Source of the DNA: Lobosporangium transversale
Taxonomy: Eukaryota
Direction: 5' to 3'
NCBI RefSeq assembly: GCF_002105155.1
Contig: NW_019028997.1
Coordinates: 62,001-126,000, forward strand
Length of the DNA: 64,000 bases
Positions 1 to 11,239 of this stretch are shown here, one piece after another (within the stretch, counting starts at the first letter, position 1; each line of letters opens with the position of its first letter). The translations under genes and the position numbers were made by a program. A model generated the notes under the pieces. It saw only the letters and a program-made list of their open reading frames with translations, did not search any database and was not told where the DNA came from.

Positions 1-1743
1 TTCCCAATAGCCCTTTCACGATCACGATCACGATCGCGTTCTCTGTCACCTAGATCCCTATTCATTTTCCGCTTCACAGGTGGACTGACACTTCTCCTTC
101 TTCGCGGGCTAATGCTCCTGTCCCTGATATCTGGGCTATAGCTTCTCTTCTTATTTACAGGACTGAGGCTCCTCTTTCTCCGTACAGGGCTTCGACTACG
201 GCTTCTCTTCTTGGGGCTCCTACTACGACTACGACTCATAGACCGTGGACTCCGTGCAGTTTTTGAGCCACCTGTCACCTCCTTGTAAATCCGCTCAGTC
301 TCCTTTACATCATCACCCATGAGTGCCCTTGAATATTTAGCTGCTTGAAGTGCCTTTTCACGTTGCTGCCGCATACGTTCTCTTTCCTCTTCGATCGCCT
401 TCATCCGTCTATCGCGTTCTTCCCGTCGGCCATTTTTCGCAATTAAATCTGCATTGATTTCGTCTATGGTACGAAGATCTCTCTTTTTTGTATTGAGAGG
501 AATCGGTCCATCACGGATAGCTTTAAGTCCAGCGTCCCGTACATGATTTAAGCCCATACCAGGACTCCTGAGTGGTGTAGGGAACATGCTTTTTGGCGCT
601 GTGCTTCGTTTAACAGGGGCTAATAGAAACAATAGAATATTAATTATCAATAACTATACAATAGAGAGGACTTTTTAAAAAAAAAAAAAAAAAAAAAATA
701 GCCACCGCTATTTTATTTTTCAAAAACGTCGAATGAGAGTGTGGACAACTTACGTTTTTTTAAAATTTTTGTTCCTGCGTAGGATTGTGCGGCTGAAAGT
801 GGTCGCTCTGGGCTAATGCCTCGGTTCACTTTGAGTCTCTCTGCTGCTGCCCGACGACTATTAACTTTATCGTCATATCTGTCTCCGCCTCTACTGTAGT
901 CCCGATCCTCAGCTCTGCTTTCTGTCTTTGATCCAGAACGCCCTGTTCTCGTTCCATTGGACATGGCAATCTTTTGTAAGTCTTCAAATGAATAATTTGC
1001 TTTTTTGGACAAAGACTATTGGATTCAATAAGAACCAATAAAGGTTGAAAAAAAAAAAAAAAAAAAAAAAAAAGTCAATTATTTAATCAACGCTTTTTTT
1101 AAAAGGAGAGGGGAAGAGAAAAGTGCCATCAAACAAGGTCAAGACACCCTCTTATCGAAGCAACATAATTCAACATGCCTTTGATGATTCAAGGGACCTT
1201 GATAGAGACGATACCCCTGAATATGTTGGTTTGGAACGTGAAGACGAATAAGTAGGACCATTGGCGCTGGCACGTTGTTTCCTAGTCCGTTCTTTTTCCT
1301 GTAATTGCCTCTCTCGTTCTTGTTCTTTTTCCTGTTGCTTGGCACGTTCTTTTGCCCTCTGTGAGGCTGCGGCATCCCGCTGACGCTGTTCTTCCTCTAG
1401 TTTTTTCCGCTGTAATTCTTCGCGGAGTAACTTTCGAGTCTCGGCTTCTTTTCGTTTCCGCTGGATTTCTTCCTGTTGCTTACGTTGAAGTTCTTCATAT
1501 TCAAGCTGTTGTTTTTTCTTTTGAAGTTCTGATTCGGTGGCGCGAGTATGCTTTGTACCAAGCTTCTTGAGGTCTTCGAACTTGATGACACAGAATGTGA
1601 CACAGAATGAAGAAATAAATGGATTTTTGATTAGTACTAAAAACATTTTACATGGAATAATCAGAGCACAAACATCTAGGTTTAATATGCTCGGATGCAT
1701 GATTCGCCATGCACATCATTTGAGTAGAGCTCACCTCACCCAT
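1..1743 (-). CDS. SPT2: SPT2-like chromatin protein, multi-exon; 3' end lies outside the window
   Basis: ATG GGT GAG|GTGAGC at 1743 splices to FEDLKKLG... (acceptor CATCAAG ~1581). A charged coiled coil follows (ORF 1170-1700), then a 'YSFEDLQKIA' exon and a 'PLNTKKRDLRTIDEI' motif resembling fungal Spt2, then an RS/RD-rich region running off the window. Confidence 0.6.
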
Positions 1744-1809
1744 ATTTTACTGTTGGCTGATTGAAGTGATTATGATATACAGCAATGTGTGTTATTTTAA
1801 GATATTATG

Positions 1810-1845
<36 letters not shown>

Positions 1846-2929
1846 GGAGAAGAAAAAAGAAAAGAAAAGAAAAAAGGAAGAGGAGGAAGAGAGGGAGACA
1901 GAGAGTGAGGATATGAAGAGTATGTAAGCAGAAAGAAGAAAGAAGAAAAAAGAAAGAATGAGGATTATTATATGCAAGCAGATGAGAATTACGTTTAAGA
2001 TTGAGAAATACAAAAGGATTGAGGTGTTTATTTGTTTCGTCTTCTTTCTTGTCTCCTGCGCTGAAGTGTGCGCCACCACTTTTTGACGGGCGTGCTGACA
2101 TCACTTGATTTGACGCCACCAATTCCGACTCAATATCTGCTGATCTGTAAGGTTTTTAAAGTTAGTCCAGAAATTCAGGGGCAAAAGATTAGGTAGAAAG
2201 GATACTGGAGACGGAAATAAACAGAACTTACAAATTTTTTGTGGGTGTGCCGGCACCTAAGTACTTGTGTCTAGCGTTGTGCGCGCTTTGCGGCCGGAGC
2301 AGAGGACTCTTCCATGGGCTTGTACTTTACAGGCCTCTCCTGCCTCTCAATTTGAGCAAGACCGATTCTTGCGATGTTTTCCGCTCCTACTGCGTCGCGG
2401 TCGAAGAATACCTTACATGCCCGGCAATATTTAAAGCAGGGGTACACCGCCTCTAAAAAACTGTCGCAGAGGGGTTGGGGACAGGAGGCACTGGTGTAAA
2501 ATTTGTGCGCATCTACAGCGAAGTGTCCTCGTGCTTTGACTTAAGCGTTTCAAATGGCAGTCGTTTATTAGCAAGGGAGCTCTATGGCAGTTTAGTTTTC
2601 GGTCATTTATTTCGACGTCGAAATAAAATTTCGAGACAATGCCCATAGATTGCTGGATTTCAAGCCTATTTATAATGGTAAGTTTGTCCTTGTTACGGGC
2701 GAAGGGATAATGCCACACGTCTTTTGCCCCGAAATGAACTGTAGCTAAAAATATTGGGTTTCTCGCCTGCGTTGCACATATTGCGCCTAATAAAACTTGA
2801 CACGACAAAAGATCAATAGCACAGGTAATATAGTAGAGATGAGGAAGAGAAGAAGACAAAATAAATATCAGAAGAGATTGTGTCTAACTCATGCGCCGTA
2901 AAAATGAACAAAGACGAGGGAAGAACTCA

Positions 2930-3600
2930 AAATGCAAAAAAAAAAAAAAAAAAAAAAAAAAGACATTGGAAGTTCAAACCCTGCTATGGCTACTGTCACT
3001 GCTATAGGTGCTGAAGATAACCAGGGTACTGGCGATGATGAGGTCATTGTGGTCAAAGTGCTGTAGAAGGGCTGGACGATCAGCTCAAAAAGAAAGGGAA
3101 AGATAAAGCGGCTGACTCGTCAATACTTTCATCCAATGAGAAGCTTGGATATCAGAAGCGGATCGATGAGAGGCCACGTAGTAAACACCCTCAATGCAGG
3201 GTATCTGGATGTCTGACAAGACGGTGCAAGGCGTATCGAGTTTTGACTCTACTTGAAAACCTCGATCACGTTCTATGAATGCACCACTTACGCTAGAAAG
3301 GAGTGAGGCTTATAGCCTAATGAAATTCGAATGCTTCCATTAAGGAAAACTTGAATGGGATTAAAAGAAAGGATACTCAATAGGGCTACAGCTGGCATAG
3401 TAATAGAGGTATGACGCGAACCCAGTTGGTCAATGTTGGTGATCAATAAAGAATCTTTTTTACATCATCACTCCCAGTTTCTCCATTACTCTTGGCTCAT
3501 TAATCCTATTACCCAAATCTGCAGTCCGTAAATGGAGAATGCACAGGATCTTCTTGTGCGACGCGTTTTTCTATGAACACTCTTGCGTTACTTGTGTTTT
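2930..3600 (+). pseudogene. Possible highly decayed Mutator (MULE)-like transposase N-terminal fragment
   Basis: Frameshifted fragments 'HPQCRVSGC', 'KERILN' and 'YSWHS.RGM' resemble the N-terminal part of Mucoromycota MULE transposases. There are many stops and no clear TIRs. Confidence 0.3.
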
Positions 3601-3984
3601 TGAATGGCCAGTTCAAGTGTTGCAAATAAATACAAATACAGTTCTTTTTTCTTTTTTTTCTTCAGGCACATAACCCCCTCTTCCCCCCAATATCCCAGCA
3701 GTTGACACGTCCTTGTCGCATCAGGATTTCTGATAATATGGCAAACAAGTCAAACCGACGACTAGGAGCATTTTCAAAGATGTCTTCATGTCTAGAAGGG
3801 AAAGGCAATATCTCTCCGACACAGATGCTCAAGCAGCAACCCCTACAACCCCTGTTGGAGGAACCGTCAGTGCAACCACCACTACAGCCCCAACGCCATC
3901 ACAACCATCGTTTGTCAACACTCCAGGCCTGCAAATCTCTTCAGTCTACAATGAAATGACGATTATTCAGGATATAGTCTTATC

Positions 3985-4082
3985 CAGTGCTCCTATTCGA
4001 ACTGAAACTTTGTCAATTGATATTTATTATTTTAATCTGAAACATCATAATTGACAAAGTTTCAGTTCGAATAGGAGCACTG
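3985..4082. mobile_element. hAT-type MITE (98 bp)
   Basis: Perfect 34-bp TIR CAGTGCTCCTATTCGAACTGAAACTTTGTCAATT (3985-4018 / 4049-4082), flanked by the 8-bp TSD GTCTTATC (3977-3984 and 4083-4090). Confidence 0.93.
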
Positions 4083-4407
4083 GTCTTATCCGTCATGATT
4101 AGTTTGTCAGACCAGCGACCAATAAGTAAGTCCATCTTTCCTCCGCAGAAGTGGAGAATAAACTTCTTTTTTTGTTATTATATGAGGGCTCTGCGCGTGC
4201 CACGCTGAGGGAGGAAAGACGGGAAAGAGAACATTTATGTTCATTTGTCACTTCAATCAGAAATATTGAGGACGTTTATTGTTGACTATTGTGTTTCTCT
4301 CTCTCTGCTATACACTCTTTGAAAGTTTATCGGAACTACAAGAGGCATTCTATCTACAGCTATTTTGCAGCCCAGGATATTGCTTCCTTTATTGATAACA
4401 CTATCTA

Positions 4408-4723
4408 CTGTCATGCCTCTCTAATTTTGATATTTTATCAAAAATAGAGAAGCAAGGTATTCAAGGTATTCTATCCAATTCAAAAATATATTTGAACCTC
4501 TGTAATTTGAACTATTTCTCGATGTTCTTGTTTGATTTTTGAGAATGTCTTTTGGAGTGAGAAGGATGGAGTAATGCAATATCGTAATGTCATGTCACGA
4601 CAGCGACAATAAAAGTCAGGTCAAATTACAGAGGTTTAAATATATTTTTGAATTGGATAGAATACCTTGAATACCTTGCTTCTCTATTTTTGATAAAATA
4701 TCAAAATTAGAGAGGCATGACTG
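4408..4723. mobile_element. Tc1/mariner-type MITE (~316 bp)
   Basis: ~103-bp inverted repeats (4408-4510 / 4621-4723) with about 2 mismatches. Termini are C(T/A)GTCATGCC...GGCATGACTG, with TA on both flanks (4406-4407, 4724-4725). Confidence 0.88.
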
Positions 4724-4725
4724 TA

Positions 4726-6800
4726 CAAATGTTTGCAAAGAGCACGTCCTTGAGCTCTTTGAGACTTACATGTGCCACATCAACTAACTCTTTAACGAGG
4801 CTACCGTGATCCTTCAGTTCGATATCTCCGCCACAAATGTAGAAGATCCGGAATCCAGGAACAACCTCTTGAAGGCCTGTCGTTGGATCTGTTTTTGGTG
4901 ACATCAAACTTATCCTTGGCATTCATTTCAGCTCTGTGCTCTCCACCATACAGTTCATCCAAGTAACACTCAATCTGACTCCTATTGTCATAAACATTGC
5001 CGAATATATCCTTGTAGGGCCGCTTAAACGCATTCCTTATATCCTTTGATTTTATGTTGTGGTCTCCAAACTAACTGATAGAAAGCTGAATGAACATTGG
5101 TCCAATCATGAAATCAAATCGAGGATATCTCTGATAGCCACGGGCCAAAAAAACTATCTTTCCCTGGGCCAAGAGAATGTTCTGACCTGCTAATAACTCT
5201 GTAGTCATCGAATTTCAATACGATTGAGGTCTCATTGCCACCATTGATGCTGTTGCCTTGAGTACTATCGGCTTCGGCACAGCACAAATAAGTGCATGAA
5301 ATGGTGCTTCTTCAGATTCGTCTCCAGTGAAATTCCCAGCTTTGAGTCGTTGTACGACGCTTGATGGTAGAGATTGTTGCATATTTCAATATGCAATGGC
5401 TAAAAAACTAGGAAAGATCCTAAAAAACACACTAGAGAAATTTCAACTGAAATAGTACGATAAAAAATAAAACTAGCAGTAGAAACTAGTGGCAATAACG
5501 CGTCACACTAAGACGCGACAAATCTTTGACATGAGAACCCATGTTGTCTTATAGTTATCTGGTACAAGCCCCTCTACCAGAAATGAATAAAATAATCCAT
5601 GGGTGTGGTGGGACCCACATCTTATTCTCCCTTACTTTTCGACTGTCTACTATATATCTGAAAATATTTTTCACCAAGCAGGCGACAGTTCCACAATATT
5701 ACCGTCGGAAGCCCTGTACTTTCTCCATCGTTCAAGAATGCGCCTCTTTTTAAGCGGTGAAGCATATCGTGGGTCTATGTATGATCATCGTACACATACA
5801 CACTTGGTCAGTACCATAACACATGGCTAATCATCAAACCAATCTATTTACACAACAGAAAACGGATTATTACCCTCATTCAATCTTGAGAACCTTATTC
5901 GATGACTCTAGAAAAAATGAAAGAGGTGGCAATGGCAGGGATGTTAGCATTGCGATCAAAGAATGTATTAGTGTAAGGATAGATAAACCCGGTCAGCAAA
6001 GAGGTAGAGTATGCGCACGGACCATGAGGGCAACTTTTCATATTTTTTATGGAGACGAATCCAAAGTTGCCCCTGGTTAAATAGTTTAGCTTAGGTGGAT
6101 CTGAATAAAAAATTAAAATAAATTGGCAGTGGCTATCCAGCTATTTCCAGAATATGCTGTTATCAGAGAATAGCTGTGCGTACTTTTATACAACATAAAT
6201 TATTTTTGGTGTACATGGGGGAAGACTTAAATGACAAGATGGGGAGATTTGGGATAAGAACCGAAGCTCCATCAGCCTGCCTCGTTCAGCATCGAATAGA
6301 GCAAAAATTGTATATTCGAAGAGGTGTAAATGGTTGGCTATTAATTGAATAGACGAACCATCGAAGAGAAAGGTTGAGAAAGCGCCAATGGGGGGTTCTG
6401 ATTTGAAGACAGTGATATTTTCTATATAGAAAAAACAACCAAATTGAAAGAAATCATGCGGGGATATTAGACAACTTCCCTCTCTTCAGTGCCACATCAC
6501 AACCCAATAACATTAGATTCCCTCTTTTCGATGCTGAACAACGCTCTGAGAGAGCCAAATATTATACATACCTCGCTGTGGTCGCTTAACAAAACCATGG
6601 ATAGTTCGCTTTGGCCTCGCCTTTGTCAGGGATGGAAACCTTGTGGAGAGTTAGCTTCTCTGGTGGGATATCACCAAATCTAGCAGGCGAGTAGAGTATC
6701 CCGACCGATTTGTCGGAGAAAATCTCTACTGAGAACGACGTCGCTTCTCCATCAACAATACAATAAATTTGTAGGTTGGTTGGCTCGGGGATTTTAGATC
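4726..6800 (-). pseudogene. Decayed Crinkler (CRN)-like gene: ubiquitin-like N-terminal header plus putative REase-like C-terminal domain
   Basis: Collinear minus-strand fragments: 'LQIYCIVDGEATSFSVEIFSDKSVG...KLTLHKVSIP' (~6783-6630), frameshifted 'TIHGFVKRP' (HVLVxxP-like, ~6605-6579), 'WRKYRASDGNIVEL' (~5730-5690), 'YPRFDFMIGPMFIQLSIS*FGDHN' (~5130-5055) and 'VPGFRIFYICG' (~4865-4830). Stops and frameshifts throughout. Confidence 0.7.
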
Positions 6801-7555
6801 CTTTGGTCCTTGAAGACTCTTCATCGCTCCTCCTTTTCTTTCTTTAATCTTCAAAACTGTTTAAAAACAGGGGTATAGATAGAAGTTGTGATGAAAAAAA
6901 AAAAAAAAAAAAATTCACAACGGTGGAGGTCCTGTCACGTGATCATAGTGTGTTGTGTTGATTAAAACAAAAAAAAAAATTATGGGAAGCCTTTTAGTAG
7001 CCATAGGCGCGCTTGAGCGCTCGCCAACGCCCGTAGAACCTATAGGACTTGAGCCTGGCGGGAATAGGACTGACAGCATGCTTGTCAAGCGGTCATTACG
7101 CTTATGTGGTAGCCGCTGCTCTGGCGGCTGTTGCTGCTTGTTGTAATTAGCAGCCATTTATATGGGTTTTTACTATCCCTTCGTTGGATTCCGTGTTCAA
7201 TTTGCGGATAAAGAGGTCTCCTCAAAAACTATCTAGGAGACCTCCTCCCCTATTCTCTAAGGGATCTAGATTCACGCTCCAATTTCACGCTGAATGGAAG
7301 CTCATGAGGTTCATGTTGAGCATTACGCATTCGAGGCTATTCGCTTCGCCCGCAACTAAAAAAAATAAAAAAGGAGAGAACCTGTCTCTGCGAAATGTGC
7401 AACTTTGATGTATTGTTCGGCACATCATCTGCCCTCGTTGGCGAAGACATTTCCGCATCTTTATAAACAATCCCCCTTTTTTTGAATCCTTCCCACTGCA
7501 TTCATTTCTTTCTTGACTTGCTCTCTCCTTCAGTTCCTTATATATTGTCTACAAC

Positions 7556-8837
7556 ATGAGTTGTCCACCACTCAACCGCAATGATACGGATGTCACTCTG
7601 GTTGACAGTCCTCCATATTTTTGTCGGTCAATCAAGCCCCATAAGGCCTCAGGCATGTGTTCGATGAACACCAATGTCCTTTATATCTATAAAATAACGG
7701 ACCACTTATGCATACATCTTTGTTATTGATATAGTTGACGAGCCCAGCACTTGTCGGCCACATGATATGAACCAACTCTCACTTCCTTCCTCGCCTCAAT
7801 CCTCCAACCACCGTCTCCGACGTTAGTAAAAAAAAAAAAAAAAAAAAAAAGCATGGCTATCGCAGCCTTGATGCAGTATGGATGAGTACCAAACTGACCC
7901 CCTTACTAACTTTTCTATACCATCTTTCCATCCTCATTACGTATATCGTTGCTGGTAGTCGAGCCAAGTAAGATCTTCTCTCTTCCTTCTTCTTTCTCTT
8001 TTTTTTTTTTCTTTAAAAAAAAAAAAAAAAAAAAAAAAGTATGTCAAGCATAAACTAATGTTTGGTGCACCATAGGAGCACTGTTGCTACAAGTCCGAAA
8101 CGTTTCATGTGCGAAACATGGTACTCCTTCAGTGATCGAGTTCAAATCACCTCAAAGGACGTATATGACATCCCCGACAATGGATCCCGCCAACCATGCT
8201 CTCTATGCATATAAATTCCCGTTACAACTCCATGATGCATACTATGATAATGTGAAGATAACTTTATTTTATCATGTCATGAAAACAAAAAAGAATGTCT
8301 TTGTAGGCAAGGGCTATTTAAAGCTTGCGGACCTTTGGGAAACGATTGAAGATTCATACAACACCAAAGCAAACTCAGATATTGCTGGCGATCACCATGG
8401 CCCACCGTCGTCTTCTGGCCTAAGAGACTACGTGATCGATATCGAGTTACCACTAGAGCCAAAATCGTACGCAAATGACACAATGACTGTAATAAACTCC
8501 TATCCGTTCCGCATGGTCCTAGGCTCATCTCAAGTTGGTTTTATCGCAGTTCGAGCTACTATGCAGCTTGAACTCAAGCCCCAAATAACATCATATCAAT
8601 ATGGCGCTTATGAGTTAATCCACCACCACACATTAGCACAAAGTTATTTTGGAAACCAAGAAGACGCACGGATGCGCCTTTTTATCAATAAGAACAATTC
8701 CGCAATGATGAGCCTCAAGGCTCTGTGCAAATCTTTTTTTCGTGATTGGAATCTCTCTCTGATCGAACTTTTTTATGGTTGTTTGGCCGTAGAAGAGTAC
8801 CTTGCAGCATCCTCAATGTATGCCCTTATTATTATTA

Positions 8838-8886
<49 letters not shown>

Positions 8887-10397
8887 GATGATGAATGAAC
8901 TTCCTGAATCATGCCTCCTTACTTCTTTTCTATCGGGCCTCCATCATTAGACCAAAGAGCTACCAGGCGTTCTGTGATATCGAGATGCTTGAACATGCTC
9001 ACTATTGTGCTCGTATGGCGGTTGCAGCCTATGGGACGTTTACAGGGTCACTGTTAGGTTATCATGAAAATGTCACAGGTATGTATAAAACTCTATGGAC
9101 TGACAGCGAACTTTTAAACATTAACACATCGTCGCAGTCATTAACAGATATAATCACACAAAATCCTTAGATCGCGACAAAGATATTGAGAATGTGTTGC
9201 AGGCTTTTAATTTGAAGAAGGAAGACATGATTGCGTGGCATTACCACTGTAAAATTGTGGGGATTGCAAGCTACTATATAATACGTGACCCCAGACATGG
9301 TGCTCTTTGTGTCGTCATTCGCGGTACTGCCGTAAGTTCAACCTCAGTGCTTAAGGATTGGAAGGCATGAGACCAAACTATACACTTGTTTTGAATCAAT
9401 ACATAACTCTGGGAACTTGTCTTCTTAATGACTATATTACAGAGCTTCTCAGATGCTGTAACAAATCTATTGTGTAAATGTGAGAGCTACAAAGGTGGCT
9501 TTGTGCACCAAGGGATGATGGAAAACGCACGGTCCATTATATTCAATCACTTTGATACCATCATGGAAGCATTGCGGCAGTTTAATCTCTCCAAAGTGTA
9601 TTGGTATGTCGCAGCTCTCTTTGACCTTTGTCTTGGTCCTTCTACTCTCTTTTATTTACTTTTTCTCTTTATCTTTTTTCATCAAATATTTTATTTCTAT
9701 TATGGGCATCCATAGTATCGGTCATTCGCTTGGAGCAGGGACAGCTTCCCTTTTATGCTCATTATTGCAAGACCGTTTTGCAGAGCCCCAAGTACGAGCA
9801 AGACTGAGTAGTGAGCAAGGCCAAAAGCTCCAAGTTATGGCCCGTCTGTTTGCCCCCCCTCCTGTATGTTCTCCAGACTTGGCTACAGAATTTGAACATA
9901 ACCAGATCGCATTTGTAAACGAGAATGATCTTGTGTGTCGGTTGAGCTACACAACCGCGGATCATTTAAAAACGCTAATCAAGCAAGCTGCCTCGGAACT
10001 CGCGTATCAAGGGGACAAGTCCGTACTACCGCTGCCATCACCACCTCAGCTATTTTCGTTTTCCCGCAGATTAAGCAACAACAGCCGTCTCATGGGGGCC
10101 TTGGAGCGAACGCACGGGGAACTGCATGCTTTCAATAAGCCGAAGCTGGTCCTTGGGGGTAAGATTGTTTACCTCTACAAGGGTGCTTACTCAGTGGGGT
10201 CATCTTTGGCCGCAGAAGGCCCAGTGCGTGAGGTCAGGGCGGAGTATTCTCACCACCGACACTTTTCGACCATTCATTTTAAACGCAACTCAATTGCACA
10301 TCACTCCGCAGCAAAGTACGAGGTTAGGATCTTTAAGGCTTTGAAATGGGCCAGATCGCAGGGACCGCTTCCCGAATACATCTGTAGATCATACTAA
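7556..10397 (+). CDS. Class 3 lipase (DAG-lipase-like), multi-exon, with a possible C2-like N-terminal region
   Basis: Nucleophile elbow 'IGHSLGAGTA', 'VIRGT' oxyanion motif (~9310-9330), 'GGFVHQGM', 'FAPPP' and 'VNENDLVCRLS'. Spliced chain from ATG 7556 to TAA 10397. Confidence 0.88.
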
Positions 10398-10545
10398 TGA
10401 CGTTATTCAGGAAGTGGATATGATATTTTTTTTAATATGCTTATCTTATTTTATATATATATATATTTTTTTTTTTGATAACAAGGATCCACGGAGTATG
10501 AGGAATTAAATAAAGCGTAATATCTATAAAATTGAGATCAAAGCC

Positions 10546-10897
10546 TTTTTTTGACACCAAGGACTCTCGGGGCCACGGAATTTATTATTTACAATCTATA
10601 AACAAAATGCCCAGACACAACAGTCAATGAACAGTTATTACGGCACAAGCGACAAGAATCACTGCATCCATGGTTTCATAAGCCCTGACCGCCGTGGTTG
10701 GTATTCAAAATCCATCTTTCCGATGTGACCTGTTACGCAACGTGACAAATTATCCACTATCCATAGTCAAAGGACTTCATTCCACCTAACATCCAGTTTA
10801 GTTCCCCAATGTAGCTGTGCCAGGCTCAACTATTCGCGCTCCTGTAGATTTCTCACATTCAGTTTCTGTCGTGGAGGAAATCATTGGTACTGCTCCC
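10546..10897 (-). mobile_element. 5'-truncated non-LTR retrotransposon (LINE) 3' end, family B copy 1
   Basis: Strongly similar to 15975-16365 (shared blocks such as CCCTGACCGCCGTGGTTGGTA and CAACGTGACAAATTATCC). A short T-run on the + strand corresponds to the poly-A tail. Confidence 0.8.
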
Positions 10898-11188
10898 AGA
10901 TAGATTGCACTGTGCGAGCAGCAAATTTTTTTTTGTACGGCCCATGCAAATATCTTTTCCCATAAAAATACTTGCACGTGATGTAAACCGAGCAAATCAC
11001 AAAAATCGCGCCTTTCTTGGTTGTTGGACTGTCAAACACGACCAAAATCAATCAAAATCAAGTGACGCACAAACCTTTTTTCATTCTTTAAAACTTTCTT
11101 GCTTACAACTCTCACCTTTTGTATTGAACCTTTAACGCACAGCAATCTACTCTTATTTCTCTGTTCTATTCCTAAAGAAAAGGTCAGC

Positions 11189-11189
<1 letters not shown>

Positions 11190-11222
<33 letters not shown>
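11190..11222. repeat. (TA)n microsatellite
   Basis: Visible TA dinucleotide run just upstream of the Crypton ATG. Confidence 0.9.
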
Positions 11223-11226
<4 letters not shown>

Positions 11227-11239
11227 TACACACAACACA

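Noticed and set aside
1792..2122. Hydrophobic Phe-rich ORFs here and at 37425-39564 and 61207-61534
   Set aside because: They are translations of pyrimidine-rich UTR or promoter tracts and poly-T runs, not real proteins.
3702..4054. Short ORFs 3702-3959 and 3788-4054
   Set aside because: Low-complexity, run into the MITE, and show no recognisable domain.
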